The notes beneath the pieces were generated by a model that searched no databases, was not told where the DNA came from, and worked only from the letters and a program-made list of their open reading frames with translations. A program made the position numbers and the translations under genes. A DNA stretch of 63,901 nt, counting the filler, from Vannella sp. (lineage: Eukaryota), in the NCBI GenBank assembly GCA_023345925.1. It is 6 parts of 6 records of this genome, joined end to end, with 100 filler letters (N's around TTAATTAATTAA, not from the genome) between each part and the next. Parts side by side here need not be neighbours in the genome. Positions count along the whole stretch, not along the records: positions 1 to 12,696 come from JAJQQN010001179.1; 5 more parts are not named here. One strand, written 5' to 3'. Of the stretch, positions 1 to 11,842 are shown piece after piece. The number at the start of each line of letters is the position of its first letter. Position 1 is the stretch's first letter.

Positions 1-30
1 TCTAAGGCAGTTCTTCGTCCTTGCTTCGCG

Positions 31-699
31 ATGGCTGTGAGTGGGTCACGCCCTGCAGGCTCAGACTGACGCCAACAATTTTAGACCACTTTGAAGCCCT
101 ACGTTGACTGCGTTCGCGCCAGTCTGGAGGCCTCCTTCTGCCTTCAAAACTTTGCTTCTCAAGATGTTGAGAGACACAACAAGCCAGAGGTCGAGGTGGC
201 TCAGTGAGTATTCAGCAAAAGACTGTGGCTTCCCTCTGCAGGAGACTGACTCCATCTCAGGCCAGACTCTGAGCTCCTCATGAACAAGCTGGTCATCAGT
301 CGTAATGCCAACGAGCGCGTGATGATTGAGAGTTCTATCAACTCCACACGAGTGAGCATCAAAATCAAGCAGTCTGATGAGATTGAGTCCATCCTCTGCA
401 AGAAGCTCTCTCGATTCATGACCCAGCGCGCAGAGAGTTTCTTCATCATGAGAAGAAAGGCCATTGGGGTAGGCTCTTTAGCAGTCAAGACATTCCAAAG
501 TGCTCACTTTAGACTGTAGGACTATGATATCTCCTTCTTGATCACCAACTTCCACACCGAAGCCTTCTTGAAGCACAAGCTCATCGACTTCATCATCCAG
601 TTCATGCAAGACGTCGACAAGGAGATTAACGAGCAGAAGTTGAGCGTCAACGCCCGTGCACGTATTGTCGCTCAGTCCTACTTGAAGGAGTTCCAGTAA
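31..699 (+). CDS. ARPC4: Arp2/3 complex subunit 4 (p20-Arc), 4 exons
   Basis: Spliced translation [39 protein letters not shown]...[24 protein letters not shown]...[13 protein letters not shown]...[19 protein letters not shown] matches the ARPC4 family. Three short GT-AG introns (~37-84, ~204-261, ~469-519). Confidence 0.95.
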
Positions 700-820
700 G
701 TAGCTGGCACTTCATGTCGGATCGACCTGGACCTCGTATAAATACAACCGATTCGGACACTCTGCAATGGCCAACGGCCTTTCAATATCTTCATTAGGTT
801 TGGGATGACACCGCTCGTGG

Positions 821-2722
821 TCACTCCAGGTCCAGGGAACCAGGGACAAGGTCTCCTTCCATGTCGAGGTCATACATGGGATCGTCCCTCGAAAGATCAT
901 CAATAGCCAAGAATCGGGTATCCCGATATCTCCTCACTACAAGAACGGCTAATGATGCTCCCACCAGAAGAACAAGAAGAAGGGAGAATCCGACGGAACT
1001 GAGAAGCACCCAAGTGGGAACTCCCATAAAGAAGTCTGTTCAAAGCCATTAGTCAGTGCCACCCATCTCTCTAGAGTACGCACTGATATTCTCTGCTCTC
1101 CAAACAGAGTAGAAGGGCGAAGAGTCGCCAAAACCCGGAGGAAGTTCTCCTTCGCCACGCACAGTGAATTGGAGGTCCTCCTTTGGAGATATCGATCCGG
1201 GGACAATGGCAATGATGGTGGCGGTTGCGTTGGTCAAAAGGACGTTTTCCAACGTTGCTATTCCTCTACCGTCGGTCGCTTTGCCTATCAAAAGGGACTT
1301 GGTGGAGCCTCGAGTGGTGTGGAATTCTACGATGAGACCGACAACCGGCCTATGAGAGATCAGATAGTGAACAGAAACTTGAAGAGTAAAGTTGGCTCCC
1401 ACTTGAGCCGTGATCTCTTGATCGTTCAGGATGCTGGAGATAAAAGGGTTCTCCCCACAGTTCTGGATTCCGGCAAACCCAATCCGGGATTCTTCGAGAT
1501 CGAAGATCACATTGAATCCTGTCATAAAAGCAGCCCCAAGTACTGTTGTTGAAGAACCAGAGGAGGAGATAACCATGGAGTGGCACGGTCCCCCTGTGAC
1601 TGCGATGGTGCCAGGTACTAGATACTGAGCTGGGGGAATCGAAAGCTCCACATCACTAGACAAGCTAAACGTAAGAGTAGGATAGGCGTCGATATCGACT
1701 TTGCTAAAGCACATTCCAGAAAAGAAAGTTGCCCCATCCGAGATATGAGGGAGATCCGGATATTGGGTTTGATAGGTGGAGACAAAGCCTCTCCAAGCAT
1801 CAATAGAAAGCTCAATAGACGTTGTGCCACTGTCAATAAATGTACTATCGGACAGTAACCCGACATTCAACAGCGAAGAGGATCTCCCAATCTGAATGGT
1901 TTGAAAGGGGACTCGATAGAAGTCGAAAGGTGCAAGCATAGGAACGTACTGAATGGGTCCAGCATCCAGATTAGGATCATAACCTCCAAGAAAGAGTTCT
2001 CCGCTGCTACTCCCAAGACACAACGAGAAGACATTCCGTTCCAGAAGGCCATTTTGATACAAGTTGCTAAACAACGAGTCTCCATTGCCCTTACTGAGCT
2101 GTGGGAAGGCAAAGCCAAGAATCCCATCGACAGAAGAGACGGAGAAAGTGGGACTTTCTCTCTCAATGGCACCAAAGAGTGTCGGCACGCTTAATGTCCC
2201 AAGCATCACTTCGTCTTGTATAAGAGGACCCCTAATGTACGATCCATCGCTGTAGAAGACAGAAAACCAGCAATTGTGATCCTGGCACAGGTTGCATCCG
2301 CTCTGGCACTTCTTGTACTCCGCATTAGAGCTTGGTTGGTACAGGGCGTTTGATGCAGGACATGTTCCTTCAGCTTTTGAGTCTGTGGGGTTCTGGAACA
2401 AGTGGCACTTGTAGTCAGGGATGGCCAAGTTCGCACTTCCTGTGTCTACCAGGACGGAGAAGGGTTGTCCATCAATATGGATAGTGGCATAGTACATGTG
2501 CGTCTCTGATATATTGCCGAAGAGGTCGTCAGGTTGCTGCTGCTTCACAGTCCCTCTGCTCCCTTCAAGCGCGTGTGTGGCGTGGATTTCTCGATTCCCT
2601 GCAAAGCGCGAACGAACTGGGGCAACCTTCCTCTGCAAGCTGAGCCTCAAAGCTTGTGCGCCAACAACCAGAAGCATGAATGAGAGAAGAACAAAGCCCA
2701 CGCGCCAACGGCAGCCAACCAT
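821..2722 (-). CDS. Type I membrane pepsin-family (A1) aspartic protease
   Basis: Signal peptide from ATG 2722 (MVGCRWRVGFVLLSFMLLVVGAQA), catalytic VDTGS and IDSGTT, and the C-terminal FNVIFDLEESRIGFA motif. An intron at ~1036-1083 joins a last exon encoding a TM helix (VLLSSVGFSLLLVLLVGASLAVLVV) and an acidic tail. Confidence 0.88.
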
Positions 2723-2762
2723 GGCGGAAGGGAAATGCCCTTTTGGAGAGGACGAGAGGCAA

Positions 2763-3401
2763 ATGATGTTTATGGTCATGCAGAGGGCAACTCCTTTGCT
2801 ACGTGCACTGGAACAGGAGGGCGAGGAACCGGCTTGGTGGCTGAGTAGGTATGAAAACCGGCAGCGAGCCACCCAATCGTTGCCAGAGTGATTGGAACCA
2901 GCTTCCTCTTTGATGAGATAGCTTCCATACTCATAGACATCCCCAGGAGAGCCCCACAAGCTGCACACCAAGAGGGAATGATGAGATTTCGATCGGAAGG
3001 TCTCGCACGACTTACCAGAGGAGACCCAATTACCTGCATTGTGGTTCCTACTAAGGAGGAACGAACCACTCAAGAAACCAAGCCCCAAAACCACTCCTGG
3101 GGTGACAGGAGGGCGATTCGCCCGGTGTAAGTACGAGCTGACCTCCTAGGAGAGCCCCCCATCAGTTCCTCACCAACCCTTCCTCATTCATCCATCTTCT
3201 ACACACCCCACCCAACAGCAAGGCCCCAGAGAACAGCGCTGACTCCTTCTCAAGCGGTCGAGACCTCCTTGGCAGGTCCATTTCCTCTAAAAATGCCGAA
3301 ACAATGACATGCACTTGTTTCTGGTCCATAAGGAGCCCTGCTGAGGCATTCCTGATCAAACACAACCAAAAGCCGGTTCTCTCTCTCTCCTTGCTGAGGT
3401 G
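2763..3401 (+). CDS. Possible spliced hypothetical protein
   Basis: Short ORFs can be joined through GTATGA...CCAG (~2849-2901) and GTAAGT...CAG (~3127-3165) intron-like segments. No recognisable homology. Confidence 0.25.
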
Positions 3402-3403
3402 AG

Positions 3404-4312
3404 ATGGCGGAGTCTCGAGGGGAACCCTTCAAGAAGGGTGGTTCTCGGCCATTGCAAGGGGCTGTGCATGTGGTGTATGCAGCGGTCTCAGGGGCGGCGG
3501 GATGTGCGGCGGTGTATCCTTTAGACCTAGTGAAGACCAGGCTGCAGAACCAAGTGGTCGTTGCTGGACGTCCCCCTTTGTATGCACACACTCTGGACTG
3601 TCTCCGTAAAGTGATCTGGTCAGAAGGGGTGCTCGGCCTGTACAAAGGGCTTGGCGCTCAGATGATTGGAGTCACGGCAGAGAAGGCTATTGGCTTGAGT
3701 GTCAATGATGGACTCCGAAGGCTTCTCTTGAAGGACCAGAAAGAGCCTTACTTGAGCATGGAGGTGTTTGCGGGGGCGATGGCGGGCTTTTCTCAAGTTC
3801 TCGTGACCAACCCGTGCGAGGTTGTGAAGATCAACCTTCAGATACAAGGGCAGCTCTTACGTCAGGATCTTTCGCCGACTGCCCGCCCTTCTGCAACTCA
3901 GATCATCCGCCAACTGGGTTTGCGCAGGCTCTTTGTCGGCTCTTCTGTGTGTTTGCTTCGAGATGTGCCATTCTCTATCATCTACTTTACTGCATACCCT
4001 CGTTTGAAGAGGATTCTGAGTTCAGAGGACGGTTCAACGAGCAAGTCTGGTCTCCTTCTCGCTGGGGCAGCTGCTGGAGTGCCTTCAGCAGCACTCACTA
4101 CTCCTGCTGACGTCATCAAGACACGCATCCAGGCTGGGATTAACCCAACACTCAAGTCTAGAGGAATCAGCTCCGTAACTCTGGACATTTGGACCAAAGA
4201 AGGGCCCATGGCCTTCTTTAAGGGGACGTGGGCTCGCATGCTACGAAGCGGTCTTCAGTTTGGAGTGACTCTCTTTGTGTATGAACTACTCCAAAACGTC
4301 ACCGTATCCTAG
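3404..4312 (+). CDS. Mitochondrial carrier, aspartate/glutamate carrier-like (aralar/citrin carrier domain only)
   Basis: Three PX[DE]XXK motifs (PLDLVKTR, PCEVVKIN, PADVIKTR). GVTAEKAI.LSVND, LLRDVPFSIIYF and QFGVTLFVYELLQ resemble the SLC25A12/13 carrier domain. Confidence 0.88.
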   Translation: MAESRGEPFKKGGSRPLQGAVHVVYAAVSGAAGCAAVYPLDLVKTRLQNQVVVAGRPPLYAHTLDCLRKVIWSEGVLGLYKGLGAQMIGVTAEKAIGLSVNDGLRRLLLKDQKEPYLSMEVFAGAMAGFSQVLVTNPCEVVKINLQIQGQLLRQDLSPTARPSATQIIRQLGLRRLFVGSSVCLLRDVPFSIIYFTAYPRLKRILSSEDGSTSKSGLLLAGAAAGVPSAALTTPADVIKTRIQAGINPTLKSRGISSVTLDIWTKEGPMAFFKGTWARMLRSGLQFGVTLFVYELLQNVTVS

Positions 4313-4558
4313 TCCTCCTTCCCACGCAAGGATTCTTCCCAAGAAAACGCACTTTCCAGAACTCTCTGCTATATTTCCTCGTGACAACACGGGAGGACGT
4401 AGTGTTTCCTCTTATAAAGACAAGAACACTCTCATCATCGCATCATTCACTCCCAGAGATTCAGCCTTTTCCCAATTATGGGACAGTTCATCCCTTTTGG
4501 GGGTAATTCTGGCATTCACTTGCAAAGCGATTTCCGGTTGCTTATTTTTTTCATATCG

Positions 4559-7500
4559 ATGCCGCGAGACCAGGTCGGGAGCCGACGTCAGCGGAGTGGG
4601 GGTTTGAGTCGGTCAGACCCGCGTGACAGTCAGCTGCGGTTACTGGCGAAGCTACAGGACAAGAAGGCATCTATTTACCAGCAGCTGTGCATGGCCGCCG
4701 TCTCTGCTGACGAGGCGAGCGTCCGGAAGCTCTTGGAGCAAATCGATGTCCTCCATAACGTAAGTAGCAAAGGCGAGGCCCACTAGCGCTCAGTGTATTG
4801 TACAGAAAGACCCTCTCCGACTTGCAGTAAAGAACGGGCGCTGTGGAGTCGTAAATATCCTTCTGGGGCGTCCGGAGTACGACATCAGCGACTGTTTCGA
4901 TGTGAGCAGGTCCTGAGTCCAGTGCGAACGGTCTAACAACCTCTCTATAGAACAAAGTGGGTCTACTGCACCTTGCAGCGGATGCAAATGACGCTCTGAT
5001 GTGCCAACTCCTCATTCAACGCAATGCAAAAGTGGACGCGGAAACAGAGGTTCGTCGGCACGAACCTGCTTCATGCGCTTGAGCTTACATGCACTAGAAC
5101 GGAGCTACTCCTATCCATTGGGCAGCGCGGTCTGGCCATTCATTGGCGCTTTCATTGCTCCTTCGTTCTGTTCCGGGTCGTTTGGACCAAGTTGACAAGG
5201 TAGTTTGATTGATGTCTGTAGGAACTCTTCATACTGACTGAATCAAAGGGTGGGGAGACTCCCCTTCACTACGCTGCAAGGACCGGAAATCTGGAAGTTA
5301 TCAAACAGCTTCTCTTGCATGCTCCTGGCTCCATAGACATAGGAAACAGAAGAGGAGACACCCCATTACACATTGCCTGTCAGCTTGGAAGGTTGAACGT
5401 GATCTCTCTGCTGTTAGAGAAGAAAGCGGCCACTTATCTCTTCAACCAGGCAAGTGCGCCCTCCTTTGAGCAACTTAAGTGTCTGATTGGGTGGAGCTTA
5501 GAGAGGAAACAACCCTTTGCAAGAGAGCATATCATTCACCCAGCTGGAGGCCGCGGACCTCCTTCTGGAGGGATCAGACTTACTTCTCACCGACACCACG
5601 CTGGAAGGCATCAACTGCCTTCATCTGGCAGCTAGGAAGAGTTCAGACTTCCCCGAGGGCATCCTCTACGTTCTGGAAAGAGGAGGGAAGGATCTCCCCA
5701 TCGACATTCTGAACCGAAACGGAGAGACTCCCTTACTGGAAGCAGTCCGCAGTGCAAACATGAAGTGCATAGAGATTCTCTTGGAGAAGGGTGCTTCTCT
5801 ACTGGCCGATGGGCTTGTCCATGCAGCTGCAGAAGCGAATCAGTTGGAGGTATTGGACCTTCTCATAAGCAAGGGAGCTTCTTACTGCACCCTCTCAAAG
5901 TCAGGGATGCTCCCCTTACATGCTGCTGTGTTAGAAGGATCAGATGCTGCCGTAGAGAAGATATTGGACCTCCATCCAGAGCAAATTAGCTCCGTGACAG
6001 AGCGGAAGCAAACTCCTCTCCACCTTGCCGCCAAGCGAGCTCTTATGACCACTATTTCCTTATTGCTAGCAAGGGGAGCCGCATTGGATTTGAAGGATTC
6101 TATTGGAAACACTCCTTTGCACTTAGCTTGTGCATCCGGGTCTGCCTCTACAGTTGCTGTCTTGTTTGAGGCAGGCGCTGACGCAGGGGCTATGAATGAG
6201 CAGGGTCTGGCTCCTTTTGAGCTTGTCACCCATAACGATGTGGCTGCTTATGCCTTTTCTCATGAGTTCCCAGCGGCCCAGATTCAAACTCTGGACATCT
6301 CGTACACTTCTTTAGTTATTCTTCCGCAATCGAAAGGGTATTGGGCTTCTCTGAAGAAGCTGGAAACTCTTGACGCTCGTGGGAATCTCTTCTCTTCGCT
6401 CCCTATTGGAATGTTGGCAGCCCCCGCTTTAGTGAATGTTTGGCTCCAGAATAATCCTCTCCAAGACATTCCGTCTTCCACAAAGCGGCAGAACTGTCAG
6501 TGGAAGGACATTCGAGCCTATCTTTCCACCCTCCAAAAGGATTCTGTTCGCTGGAATGAGAAGAAACTCTTTATCATTGGTGATGAAGGTGCTGGCAAGT
6601 AAGTACGCGCAGTACCAGTGAGTATCATACTAATGGCCTTCAGGCGAGCTCTTTTGGCTGTACTGAAAGAAGGAGATCTTGTGAATCGAGTGAAAACGCG
6701 CCTCAGAAAGTCAATGCAACCAAAACGCCTGAGAAAGATCATTAATACCCGCAATGTGATAGACCCGGAGGAGGAACCCGCTTCTTCTTTAACCGTAGGA
6801 GAGAACGATAACACTCCTGAGGATGCAAATGAGCGAGAGCTGATAAGGATTGAAAGAAAGCATTCAATTACTACTCCAAGAAAGAAAGCAAACGACAAGA
6901 AGCGAGGGCCTGCTCCTGGAGCACCTTTCACAGTAACTTCTTGGATCTTCAGAGCGGACGTCGCCTCTGCCTGCCCTTTCTTCTTTACCAACCAGGCTGT
7001 GTATTTACTTGTTTTCAACCTCCTGACCCTCCCTCAGAGAATCACTGCCATCGATTCTTGGGTCCAGCAGATTCGGCAACAGACTCAAACATCCCTTCCT
7101 GCTGCAGATATCCTCTTAGTAGGGACACATCGTGACGACGATCAATGTAGTGAAGAGTATCTGGAGCATATCACCCGGATGCTGACTGAACGGTATCCCA
7201 GTAACCGGTACTCTCAGGTCCGACACATTCTAATGGTCTCTTGTAAGACAGGAAAAGGCTTTTCTGCGTTGCATGATGCGCTCGAAGCCTCTGCAGCGAC
7301 CATTCAACCCATAGTCAGTCCTGCTTGGCTGGTAGCGCATCACCATCTTCAAGATCTTGCAGCAAAGGTTCCATTTATTCCGTGGAAAGAGTATTGTGAG
7401 ATCGCTCATTCCTGTGGCGTATCTGCAGAGGAGATTGGACCTCTCACCCAGTTCTTGGGGACAACCAGCACCTTGCTGTATCAACCAGAGATGTCCTTTG

Positions 7501-10338
7501 TCATTCTAGATCCTCTCTTGCTAGCCCGTTTCGTTATTTCTGTGAGAACGCTGAACCCTGGCAATTCACCTACTCTCTCTCTTACAGATTTGCTGAATCG
7601 TCTTCCTGAATGGAGTAAATACGAACCAGCCATGCAACGACTGCTTATTCGCGTCCTCATTGACTTCCACGTGACTTACGCCATCTCTACTGGCGAGGTT
7701 CTTTGTCCTTGGATGCTTTCGAGCTCATTCCAACTTCCTTGGACCCGAGACCCTTCTCCGGATGTCATCCAACATGGGAGGATCTTTGACTTTGCTTTTG
7801 TTCCCCTGGGCATCATTGAACGACTTTTTGTGAGCCTTTCTCTCTTGCCATCTGATACCAAGCTTCGGGGCGCCAATGCCAGCCAGATAGTTATCGAATT
7901 GAATGAGCAAATGGCCATTATCTCATTTGTGCCTCGGCGGATTGACCAACACGCCTACCAACTCATTGTCCAGGGCCGTACGAGCCGTTCTAGCCAAAGA
8001 GAAGCGGTCCTTTTCGTCGAGGTTGTGACATTAGTGGAGTTCCTCATTGAAAGTTGCTACCCGCAGCTCCGTTCGACATTGCTCATGAGAGTGGAATGCT
8101 CCCATTGCACTTCTTGCCCTCTTCTACGCTCAAACCCTCATTATTTCAGTTACAGAGAGTGTGTTGCAGCGGTGATGGGTGGCAGTCCGGATCCCTTTTT
8201 GTTTTGCCGTGGAATTCAAGACCAAGGCCGTAAAGTCCTTGTTGAGTGGACTGCTCCTGATGTTGTCTTAGCGCTGTTACAACCGTGGAGGTTGGAGGAA
8301 AGTCGCCTCCAAATCATTCGCTTTCTGGGTGAAGGTGCAACGGGAGAAGTTAATCTTGGTACTCTCACAACAGAGACCAAGGATCCCGAATTAGTCGCGG
8401 TGAAAGCTTTGACCGGCGGAAAGAGAGATTATCTTGATGAGGATGATCGTCTGGATGGTCAAATGAAGCTGTTCCAAGAGATTAAGCGAGAAATTCACTT
8501 GATGACGTGAGTATCCCGCCTTTGACTCAATTTCGACTGACTTCTGGGACAGTTTGTTGGATCATCCCAACGTTATTGCCCTGCGGGGGATTCTTGACAC
8601 CCCATTACGGGTGGTTATGGAGTTTGCCCCGGCTGGAGACCTTCATCAACTCATTCGGCGCCCTTTGGAAGATGGCTCTGGCCGATTTGAAGGACAAGCT
8701 AAGCTCTTGCCGTGGTCCTTTAGATATCGGTTAGCTCTAGACATTGCCCTTGGCATGCAGTACATTGCCGGTCAGCATCTTCTTCATCGTGACCTGCGCT
8801 CTCCAAACATATTCCTCATATCCAGGTCTCCTGAAGAGGCTCCAGCTTACCCTGCTCCGATTGCAAAGGTCGCTGACTTTGGTTTGTCTGTTTTTGCCAT
8901 GCCAAAAGCTTCTGGAGACCTTCGAACATGGCGTTGGCTGGCTCCTGAGGTATTCCACTTTAGTGTGCGAGAATATGGACTAGCAAGTGACATCTATAGC
9001 TTTGGCATGGTCCTCTGGGAGCTCATTGATGGTGCTTTCCCTTTCGGAGAGTTCAATGCTGATGAATGGGAAGTTCAAGAGTCCATCGTGAAGGAAGGTT
9101 TGCGCCCGACCATCGGTTCATGCGACCCGAGATACTCCTCTCTCATTCAAAAGTGCTGGGCCAACAGCCCGAAGCGTCGACCTAGTTGGACCGAAATTGT
9201 GGAGGAATTGGTTGCTCTAGCGGAGGTCCAAGCTCCAGAAGCCGCTCCCTTGGTGAAACGACCAAACATTGCAATGCTTCAACGGGACTCTCGCTTTACC
9301 AGCTTCAGCATCTCGACGGCTTCGCTGACCCCCACGGGTCAATGGGAGTTCCCTGAGAGAATCAAAGCGATGGTGAGAGTACGAGATTGTATTTGGCTGG
9401 GCAATCGGGCCGGGGAAATCATTATTTGGGGTCCACTACCGAATGGTGCGGAGCAGGCTCGATGGAAAGCTCACACTTCAAGTATCTTAAGTCTTCAAAC
9501 GGTCTCAGATTCTCCCGATTCTCTGGTAGTTTTGAGCTTTGGTGTTGGAGGGACTTTGTCCATTTGGAAGGCAGAAGCGCCTTACAGTCCTGTGAAGAGT
9601 ATTCTCTCTATTGGGAATGTGACGGCGGTCGGACGCGCTTCCTTTCAGGGTATGGCGACCGTTTGGGTGGCACTGCAACCAGATACGAACGGTTATCCGG
9701 TGCTGATTTACGGCTCGACTAATTTCCAATCCTCTTCGTTACTTCTTGACCCTCCGGAGAATTGGGACAGGAAGACCTTGTTGGCTTCTTGTGTGGTGGA
9801 CATTGTCCAATGCGGTTCGTTAGTCCTGTTGGCGACCTCAAGTCACATCTATCTTGTGGATTTAGAGACTCTCACTCCCCAAGGATACTTGCCTTTGAAC
9901 TGTGAGGACCGATTGCAGCACCTGCTGGTGCTGTTGCACCCTCCCCAGCTTTGGGCGGTATTCACCCGAAAGATTCAAGTCTACTCCGTTCAGCACTCCC
10001 CATTCTCAGTGAATCTGATACGAGAGTTGGATGGCCACTCGAGTAAGATTGTGAGAGCCGTTGTGATTGGCCAAGATTGGTCGGATGTCCGGAATTCCAA
10101 CGCGTTTTCCACAGAGAAGGTTTGGAGCACTTCTTTTGATGGTCAGTTCATTATCTGGAGTACAAAGCACCTTTGTGGTATTCGAGAAGGCTGGCTACCT
10201 ACTTCTGATGTTCCTTGTCTCCCTCTCCCCATCGATGAGTCCACTATGATGCTAGTCTCTCACTGCACGCCCACTACCCTCTCCACCCCAGACAGTCGCC
10301 TCATCTGCTTCAATTTGCCCACTTCCCCAGCCACATGA
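4559..10338 (+). CDS. Roco-family protein kinase: ankyrin repeats-LRR-Roc-COR-TKL kinase-WD40-like
   Basis: Multi-exon gene. ANK repeats (GETPL, QTPLHLAA, GNTPLHLAC), LRRs (LETLDARGN, VWLQNNPL), Roc (KLFIIGDEGAGK, AVYLLVFNL, LVGTHRD, VSCKTGKG), COR with CxxC, kinase (GEGATGEV, VAVK, HRDLRSPNIF, DFG, WLAPE, SDIYSFG) and a beta-propeller-like C-terminus. Confidence 0.88.
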
Positions 10339-10492
10339 GCAGGTTATAAAGTAGCTATCTTGATCCAGATAAACGCATTCCGCTCCCAACGCTCCCCTTC
10401 TCGTGTGTCGGCCGTGTCCCTCCCTCCCACAGTCATCCATCAGAGTAGTGTCCTGAAGGAAGTCATTCTCTTTGCATTTATTCGCCCTTCTG

Positions 10493-11815
10493 ATGACCAG
10501 CGCGGGTGTCTTCAACCGAGCCCTTTATCAGGGGATGCCTCCGCAGCGTTCGGTGGATCCAGAGAGCTTTGATGCAAAGTACAACTACTGGTCAGAGCGT
10601 ATCATGCTGATTCAGGAGGAGAAGCACCAGCCTGCCTTCACCATCGCCCGCTTGCAGATGGAGTGCGCCTCTCATGGCCATGTTCCGGTGTGTCTGACAG
10701 CTGTACTTCGCATCATGATGGAAGAGAAGCGCCTTGTCACGAGAGAGGCCTCCCTGGAGGCCTTACTTGAGCAGAGAAGCTTTTCGATGGCTTGGAGAGC
10801 GGCTCGCTTCCTCTTCTCCTTCACTCATGCAGCTCCAACGCTCGACCAACATGAGAACTTAATCCTTACAGAGAGTCTACGAGGCCAGTCCCTCGTCATC
10901 TGGCGGCTAGTCCACGAACAGATCGTAAACGCGACAGATCGCCTTGTGACTTTACAACACGCTCAGGAGCTCTACCAGCGAGCCGTTACTCTGTGTGAAC
11001 CTTGGGAGATGGTATCTTGGACCACCCTCTCGCGTTACATGGAGCTTCATGGCGTAGCAATCCCTGTACGAGCTCCCAGTAGCTCAGGCAAAGTGGGGGA
11101 GGAGATAGTGGGCTTCAAGTTCCTCCCCTTCGCCAACGGATTCAACTGGGATAGTAACAAGCTACCAATCAATCAACCCACACAAGTAGACGCCCACGTA
11201 CTCATCCTTCGACGAACAATCGAGAAAACAGAGCGACGCGAACGTCATTTCGCCGAGAAGAGTTCAGAAGCACGCGCTCAGGCTCTTGATTACTCTTCCA
11301 AGAAGCAGAAGAAGATCGCCTTGCTCTATCTCAAGCGCTTTAACTTCTTCCAGGACAAACAGATCGAGTTGGTGGCGACCAAGCACAAACTAGAGGACCT
11401 TTACATGAGCATACAGAGTGCTGAGACCAACCTACAGCTAATGGAGTCCTATCAAGCTGCCACCAGCGCTCTTAGTGGTATTATGGAAGGGGTGGATGTG
11501 GATCAAGTGGATCAAGTCATCCTCTCATTAGAGGACTCGATTGAACAGCAGCAGCGCTTGGAAGGAGCTATGCACATGACAGAAGAGATAGACTCTCTTG
11601 AGACAGAGGAACTGGAGCGAGAGCTGGCCCAGTTGCTTCAAGAAGACTCTCCAATTCCCAAGGCGACTCCCCAAGCCGTCCCACAGACTGTTGCTGAGCC
11701 ACTCACGCCGATAGGAGAGTCAAGCAACACCCAAGAGATTGATAAGCTTCTCAGCGAGCTCTCTTCCCTCTCTGTGTGCTCAGAAGTCCCTCAGGAAAGA
11801 GTAAACACGGTATGA
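10493..11815 (+). CDS. CHMP7: CHMP7-like ESCRT-II/III hybrid protein
   Basis: The N-terminus (RSVDPESFDAKYNYW) resembles the CHMP7 winged-helix region. The C-terminal half is a Snf7 domain (KKIALLYLKR...IQSAETNLQLMESYQAATSAL...DVDQVDQV...EEELERELAQL). Confidence 0.8.
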   Translation: MTSAGVFNRALYQGMPPQRSVDPESFDAKYNYWSERIMLIQEEKHQPAFTIARLQMECASHGHVPVCLTAVLRIMMEEKRLVTREASLEALLEQRSFSMAWRAARFLFSFTHAAPTLDQHENLILTESLRGQSLVIWRLVHEQIVNATDRLVTLQHAQELYQRAVTLCEPWEMVSWTTLSRYMELHGVAIPVRAPSSSGKVGEEIVGFKFLPFANGFNWDSNKLPINQPTQVDAHVLILRRTIEKTERRERHFAEKSSEARAQALDYSSKKQKKIALLYLKRFNFFQDKQIELVATKHKLEDLYMSIQSAETNLQLMESYQAATSALSGIMEGVDVDQVDQVILSLEDSIEQQQRLEGAMHMTEEIDSLETEELERELAQLLQEDSPIPKATPQAVPQTVAEPLTPIGESSNTQEIDKLLSELSSLSVCSEVPQERVNTV

Positions 11816-11842
11816 ATGCGCATTCATTCGAGGCTAGAGCGC

